From the IMG/VR virus record IMGVR_UViG_3300028569_000010: DNA of 20,000 nt. The stretch is one strand, 5' to 3'. The stretch is from an uncultured virus (IMG/VR IMGVR_UViG_3300028569_000010). Lineage: Duplodnaviria; Heunggongvirae; Uroviricota; Caudoviricetes. The notes under the pieces were generated by a model, which saw nothing but the letters and a program-made list of their open reading frames with translations, was not told the origin of the DNA and searched no databases. A program made the position numbers and the translations under genes. Below, piece after piece: positions 14,765-20,000 of this stretch (the stretch's first letter is position 1; every line of letters begins with the position of its first letter).

Positions 14765-15175
14765 ATGTTTAGATTTATAGACAATTTTGGTAGATCATCT
14801 TCTTGGAATCAAGTAAGAAATGATTATATAAAAAATAATCCTAAATGTGCAGCTTGTGGAAAAATTAAAAACTTAGAAGTTCATCACATAATTCCATACA
14901 AAATAGACAAAACTAAAGAATTAGACACAGACAATCTAATTACCCTATGTAGAGATCATTGCCATTTTGTTTTTGGTCACTTTATGAATTGGAAAAGTTA
15001 TAACCCAAAAGTAATAGAAGATTCTGCACAATACTTAGCCAAAATAAAACAAAGATCATATCTAGAAGAATTTCAATCACAAGCGGTTGAGGCATCATAT
15101 GATAAAAGCAATTTTTTTTACAATTTTCTTTTTTGTATTGACAGCATCATTAAGTGCTGGTACAACAGATCCTAA
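14765..15175 (+). CDS. HNH endonuclease
   Basis: CAACG..LEVHHIIP..NLITLCRDHCH. Confidence 0.85.
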   Translation: MFRFIDNFGRSSSWNQVRNDYIKNNPKCAACGKIKNLEVHHIIPYKIDKTKELDTDNLITLCRDHCHFVFGHFMNWKSYNPKVIEDSAQYLAKIKQRSYLEEFQSQAVEASYDKSNFFYNFLFCIDSIIKCWYNRS

Positions 15176-15860
15176 TGTGAGTGATGCAAAACACATTGAA
15201 TATGGATCAAAACATGAATGCGTAGTATCTATTTTTGGCAAACAAGATATTGATGACAAGCAATTTTTTGCATCAGCTGTTATAATAAAACCAAAAATTA
15301 TTCTTACTGCTGCTCATGTAATTAAAGACACGAAAGACGCATACATTAATTTTAAAGATAGCAAAATAAAAATTCAATATGCTATTTATCCAAACGCATT
15401 TGATGAAAAAAATATAAGTAAACATGATATAGCAATATGCCTCTTAGAAACACCCTGTGAACTAAATTTCTATCCAGAACTATATGAAAATGATGATGAA
15501 CTCGGTAAGGTATGCAGCATCGCTGGTTTTGGTATGCACGGCAGTTATGATAAGGGTATAATAGGATATGATGGAAAAAAACGTGCTGGCTCAAACATCG
15601 TTGAAGAAATATCAGACGGTATGCTATTTTGCACATTGACTGATAAAAAAACTTCATTAGAAATGCTTCCATCTATTGGAGATAGTGGTGGTGGATTATT
15701 CATAAATCAAAAATTGGCTGGTATAAATTCCATTGTCTATACAAAAGAAAAAAATGGTAAATTAGATTCAAATATGAAAGATGGTTCGGGACATACTAGA
15801 ATTAGTTTACATATAAATTGGATTAAAGAATTAATTGAAGCATTAGAAAAAGTTGAATAA
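15099..15860 (+). CDS. Trypsin-like (S1) serine protease with signal peptide
   Basis: Catalytic motifs LTAAH, HDIA, GDSGG; GAGG RBS before ATG 15099; hydrophobic leader. Confidence 0.9.
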   Translation: MIKAIFFTIFFFVLTASLSAGTTDPNVSDAKHIEYGSKHECVVSIFGKQDIDDKQFFASAVIIKPKIILTAAHVIKDTKDAYINFKDSKIKIQYAIYPNAFDEKNISKHDIAICLLETPCELNFYPELYENDDELGKVCSIAGFGMHGSYDKGIIGYDGKKRAGSNIVEEISDGMLFCTLTDKKTSLEMLPSIGDSGGGLFINQKLAGINSIVYTKEKNGKLDSNMKDGSGHTRISLHINWIKELIEALEKVE

Positions 15861-16498
15861 TGAATTCAGTAAAATTTATTAGCATGACTCCAGATGCAGA
15901 AAAATTAATTGCATACTGTGCTAGAGTATCTAATCCTAGCAACCAAGAAAACGAAAATTATGCTAAATTAATTGCATACTGTATAAAAAATAAACATTGG
16001 AGCATATTTGAACAAGCTTTTATGACAGTGGAAATTATTACCACAAGAGGCATAGCGGCTCAAATTTTAAGACATAAGAGTTGTAACTTTCAAGAATTTA
16101 GCCAAAGGTATGCAGATACAAGTATACTTAATGAAGATATTCCTTTATTTGAATTACGTAGACAAGATAATAAAAATAGACAAAACAGCATTGATGATAT
16201 AAGTAATGAAATTAAAGTAAAGTGGAATACCAAAATACGTGAACACTTTGCAAAAAGCAAAGCTTTATATGATGGAATGTTAAAAGATGGAATAGCAAAA
16301 GAAAGTGCTAGATTTATATTGCCACTTGCAACACCAACAAAGATGTATATGAGTGCCAGCATTAGATCATTTATACATTGGATTGAATTAAGAAGTTCTA
16401 ACGGCACACAAAAAGAACATATGGATATAGCAAATGCTTGTAAGGAAATTTTTATAGAACAATTACCTATTATTGCGGAGGCTCTTGATTGGCGATGA
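15860..16498 (+). CDS. thyX: Flavin-dependent thymidylate synthase
   Basis: HWSIFE, QILRHKS..FQEFSQRY, ESARFILP, QKEH motifs. Confidence 0.95.
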   Translation: MNSVKFISMTPDAEKLIAYCARVSNPSNQENENYAKLIAYCIKNKHWSIFEQAFMTVEIITTRGIAAQILRHKSCNFQEFSQRYADTSILNEDIPLFELRRQDNKNRQNSIDDISNEIKVKWNTKIREHFAKSKALYDGMLKDGIAKESARFILPLATPTKMYMSASIRSFIHWIELRSSNGTQKEHMDIANACKEIFIEQLPIIAEALDWR

Positions 16499-16887
16499 TT
16501 GAGGTTCATATAACAGAAAATGATATTGTAAAAGCGATTAAAAATACTAACCTTACACCGCACGGAATAGCACTTTGTAGATCATTTAATTGCTCTATAG
16601 AACAAATAGAGATTAAAAATCGCCACATAAATGTGTGGCTTAATGACGATTCAAGTTATGTTGCTTTTGAGTTTAGTACAAAAGAAGATAGATATCTTTT
16701 TGAATACTTTAAGGATAAGTGGGAAGAGTTTTTTGAATCTGATAGTGAAGAATTTTTAGAAAGACCAATTAAAATATTCTTAGATGGCGATGATGAAGCT
16801 TTGAAAGTTGACTGCACCAGATTTATAGATCGCCCAAGTGCTGATAAAAAAAATCCAAAGTTTCGCTTGACAGATGACGATGAATGA
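16495..16887 (+). CDS. Hypothetical protein
   Basis: ATGA coupling to thyX; GGAGG upstream. Confidence 0.7.
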   Translation: MIEVHITENDIVKAIKNTNLTPHGIALCRSFNCSIEQIEIKNRHINVWLNDDSSYVAFEFSTKEDRYLFEYFKDKWEEFFESDSEEFLERPIKIFLDGDDEALKVDCTRFIDRPSADKKNPKFRLTDDDE

Positions 16888-16895
16888 TGTATACT
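16867..16895 (+). promoter_or_regulatory. Sigma70-like promoter with CGAT spacer element, upstream of rIIA
   Basis: TTGACA-gatgaCGATgaatgatg-TATACT (17 nt). Confidence 0.8.
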
Positions 16896-16936
16896 TGAAG
16901 CATAAGTTTTAAAGCATTTAAAGGAGATTTTGCCAA

Positions 16937-19057
16937 ATGAAATTGCACACTGGTACGCACACTGTTGAAAAGTCTGACAATTTTGAAGAGAATCGTTTTA
17001 GCATTGAAGCGTCAGCTAAAGCTTTTATGATTCTTTCTGATGGACTTTATTCTAATAAAATTCTTGCCGTTGTACGAGAGTTGTCTACAAACGCTTATGA
17101 TTCACACGTTGATGCTAAATGTGTAGATAAGCCTTTTGAAGTTCATCTTCCAAGTCGCGTGGAACCGTACTTTTATGTTCGTGATTTTGGAACAAGCATG
17201 GAGCATGAAGACTGCATGGTTCTTTATACAACGTACTTTCGTAGTACGCGAAATAATAGTAATGATTCCGTTGGTTGTCTAGGATTGGGTAGTAAGGCAC
17301 CATTTGCTTATACAGACAGTTTTACTGTTGAAGCATATCTCAATGGTATTAAGCGTATATACTCTGCTCATCGTGACAACAATGGAAATCCCACATTCTC
17401 TCTTATGGAGTCTGTAGAGACAAATGAGCCTAACGGTATTAAGGTTTCCATGCCCGTTAAGGTTGATGATATGGACACATTTCAAGATGAAGCTGAGAAT
17501 GTGTTTCAATATTTTAAAGTTCGCCCAACTCTCAAAGGTAATGACGAAATTTATTACAGAGATGAAACAACTCTACTTAAAGCTTCAGACAATACTTGGG
17601 AGTGTAATACTGGAGATCATTCTAACAAGATAATAATGGGTCAGATCGCCTACCCAATTAATAATGACAGTATATCTTCACGCTATAGCGACGATGATAA
17701 GATTGGCAACTTCCTTTGGCACTCTAGTGGTCTTAGGCTTTATGTTAACATTGGTGATGTTGATATTACTCCTAGTCGTGAATCTCTGTCTTATACTCCA
17801 GAAACTAAGAAAAACATTAGGAATTTGCTTTCTAAAGTTATCAATGATATCAAAGAAACTGTGGAAGATGCTATTAAGTCTCAACCCACATTGTATCTTG
17901 CTAGAAAGAAGTTTCTTGATATTGAAAGTCAGTGTGCTTCTGTAAAGTCAGCTATGGATAGCCTTAACAATGCTATTGAGTGGAATGGTCAAAAGATTTT
18001 TGACTCAATGGTTGACAATAAGATTAAAGCTGAAAATATGGGCATAAAGCAAATCCATGAGTCTGGCTATCGTTCTAAGTCAGAGACTAATAAAGATATT
18101 AAAGAAATAACTATGAACAAGTCTATCAAATTCTATGTTGATAACTGTGTTCGTGGTGGAATGGGTAGAATTAGGCAAGACCTTAAAGAGAATCATGGCT
18201 CTAATAGTTATACAGCCTATATCTATGTTCTTGGTTCTAACGAAACGGCAGATAACAATAAGTTTCTTGATATTCTTGGTAATGCTACTAAAGATGATGT
18301 GATATTGACAGAATCTTTGCCAAAAGTTCAGCGTAATAATAGTGGTGGTGGATCTGGATCTACCGTTGACTATTCAGAGGTCAACTACTATGATGAAGAA
18401 GCTGCGTGTATTCTTACTGACAAAATGAGTGTAAAAGTTGAAAATGCTGTATACATTCCTACTAAAAAGGGTGAATGCTACATTGGTGGTAGAAAGTTTG
18501 ATATGAATCAAATAGCCAACATAATTGGTTATATCTATGAGGATATCGATACAGATAAGACATTCTATTTTTTGACTCCATCTCAAATTAAGGTTAGAAA
18601 ACTTGATGAGCGTAATAATTGGGAATCAGAAAATCATCTGCTAGAACTAATAAATAGCATTGGTGAATACTATGCAGATGATATTAAGTCTATAAGGTAT
18701 CAACATCAGATTGGTAATGCTTATAGGTGGCACGATGTGTTTAAGAAAACTAAGAGTGACAATAGAGCAAAAGAAATTATGGCAGAATATAAAGAATATC
18801 AAAAGTCTATTGTTAATATGAGCGATAAGTGTGAAAACATTTTTAGTATTTGTCGATCATTTGGAATGACTATTCATTCTTCAGATTCTAGTATTGATTA
18901 TAAGGCTAGGTTTGAAAAGCCACTTAATGAAGAAATTGCCAAATACCCAATACTTTCTGGTAATGTTCTTACTACTTTGTGGTCAGATGAGCAAAAGAAA
19001 GTAGTTGCAGAGTATATTGATATGGTAGAACAAGCATATGTACTGGCGTCAGTATAA
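16937..19057 (+). CDS. rIIA: RIIA-like protein with N-terminal GHKL ATPase domain
   Basis: LSDGLYSNKILAVVRELSTNAYDSH, VRDFG, GCLGLGSKAPFAY, PSRESLSY; followed by rIIB-like gene. Confidence 0.88.
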   Translation: MKLHTGTHTVEKSDNFEENRFSIEASAKAFMILSDGLYSNKILAVVRELSTNAYDSHVDAKCVDKPFEVHLPSRVEPYFYVRDFGTSMEHEDCMVLYTTYFRSTRNNSNDSVGCLGLGSKAPFAYTDSFTVEAYLNGIKRIYSAHRDNNGNPTFSLMESVETNEPNGIKVSMPVKVDDMDTFQDEAENVFQYFKVRPTLKGNDEIYYRDETTLLKASDNTWECNTGDHSNKIIMGQIAYPINNDSISSRYSDDDKIGNFLWHSSGLRLYVNIGDVDITPSRESLSYTPETKKNIRNLLSKVINDIKETVEDAIKSQPTLYLARKKFLDIESQCASVKSAMDSLNNAIEWNGQKIFDSMVDNKIKAENMGIKQIHESGYRSKSETNKDIKEITMNKSIKFYVDNCVRGGMGRIRQDLKENHGSNSYTAYIYVLGSNETADNNKFLDILGNATKDDVILTESLPKVQRNNSGGGSGSTVDYSEVNYYDEEAACILTDKMSVKVENAVYIPTKKGECYIGGRKFDMNQIANIIGYIYEDIDTDKTFYFLTPSQIKVRKLDERNNWESENHLLELINSIGEYYADDIKSIRYQHQIGNAYRWHDVFKKTKSDNRAKEIMAEYKEYQKSIVNMSDKCENIFSICRSFGMTIHSSDSSIDYKARFEKPLNEEIAKYPILSGNVLTTLWSDEQKKVVAEYIDMVEQAYVLASV

Positions 19058-19071
19058 ATAAAGGAGAAAAA

Positions 19072-19941
19072 ATGAGCTATATAATTACTAATGATGGTAA
19101 TGTTACTGCGGTTGTTGCTGGAGAGGTATATACTTTTGGTAAATCACATCCAAGATATGAGCGTCTTATTCAGCACTTAAAGGTGAATAACGTTGAGCAT
19201 TTTGAGGCTACATACGATGTAGTTTCACAGATCAATGAATATTGTGATGGTTATGTCAGTGCTAAAAATGGTAAAATGCAATGGGATGGAATTACCATGC
19301 CAGATATGTTTACAAGTACTATTATGGATATGATTCAACAGGGTTATCCTTTTGAGCCAATGCTTAATTTTCTTGATAATATGAGTCAAAATCCATCTGA
19401 TCATGCAATAGTAGAATTGTTTGATTTTATGGAGAATAAGAATATGCCAATTACTCCAGATGGACACTTCCTTACTTATAAGGCTGTTAAGTCTGATTAT
19501 ATGGATATCTATTCTGGAACATTTGATAATCATGTTGGGAATATCTGTGAAGTTCCACGTAATAAAGTAGATAGCAATCGTAACAACGGATGCGGACACG
19601 GTTTGCACGTTGGTGCTTTTGATTATGCTAAGTTTTATGGCGGCATTGATCTTGATGATAATGAAGGTGGAAACGGAAACAAACTAATGATTTGCAAAGT
19701 TAATCCACGCGACGTTGTTAGTGTTCCTACGGATTCACGTTTTCAGAAACTTCGCTGCTGTAGATATGAAGTTGTAAGTGAATTCGAAGATCTGTTCAAG
19801 AGCGTTGTTCATATGACTAAGGATGATATTGCTTATGAAAATCTCAAGAAGCGTAATCGTGAGTGGGTTGTTGAGGTTACAGCAAAACTTGAGCGTGTAA
19901 ATAAAGTGCTGAAGAAGAAGAAAGAACTTCTTAGCGTATAA
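19072..19941 (+). CDS. rIIB: RIIB-like protein
   Basis: AAGGAG RBS; ITPDGHFLTYK, CGHGLHVG, KVNPRDVVSVP, KLRCCRYEVV motifs. Confidence 0.88.
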   Translation: MSYIITNDGNVTAVVAGEVYTFGKSHPRYERLIQHLKVNNVEHFEATYDVVSQINEYCDGYVSAKNGKMQWDGITMPDMFTSTIMDMIQQGYPFEPMLNFLDNMSQNPSDHAIVELFDFMENKNMPITPDGHFLTYKAVKSDYMDIYSGTFDNHVGNICEVPRNKVDSNRNNGCGHGLHVGAFDYAKFYGGIDLDDNEGGNGNKLMICKVNPRDVVSVPTDSRFQKLRCCRYEVVSEFEDLFKSVVHMTKDDIAYENLKKRNREWVVEVTAKLERVNKVLKKKKELLSV

Positions 19942-19952
19942 TTGGATTAATT

Positions 19953-19981
19953 GGTGATGGGGGTAGAAATACCCCATTACC
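19953..19981 (+). terminator. Strong hairpin after rIIB (terminator or processing site)
   Basis: GGTGATGGGGGTA-GAAA-TACCCCATTACC; no U-tract follows. Confidence 0.5.
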
Positions 19982-20000
19982 TATACATTATGGAGAATAC

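Noticed and set aside
16090..19977. Minus-strand and alternate-frame ORFs inside thyX, rIIA and rIIB
   Set aside because: Shadows of well-supported genes, with no recognisable motifs

Overview
AT-rich, densely packed, almost entirely + strand segment of a large dsDNA tailed phage genome (host not determinable). It has a translation-related RNA set: 9 tRNA genes (Glu-TTC, Thr-TGT, Gln-TTG, Asn-GTT, Ser-ACT, Tyr-GTA, Gly-TCC, Leu-TAA, Arg-TCT) and a tmRNA (tag GETQLALAA). The Leu gene is split by a 200-nt ORF-less group I intron. Three free-standing HNH endonuclease genes each abut an RNA gene. Recognisable proteins are two metallophosphoesterases, two STAS-like (DUF4325) paralogs, a thioredoxin-like protein, a trypsin-like protease, ThyX and an rIIA/rIIB pair; the rest are small hypothetical genes. 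The most notable observations are: the intron-containing tRNA-Leu with a convergent HNH gene overlapping its 3' end (possible collaborative homing); non-canonical tRNAs (Ser with A34, Asn with a long variable arm); two diverged duplicated gene modules, one hiding a conserved 39-40 aa acidic microprotein; two unexplained structured intergenic RNA candidates; and a promoter family with a conserved CGAT spacer element. All calls come from manual reading and folding, with no database searches.
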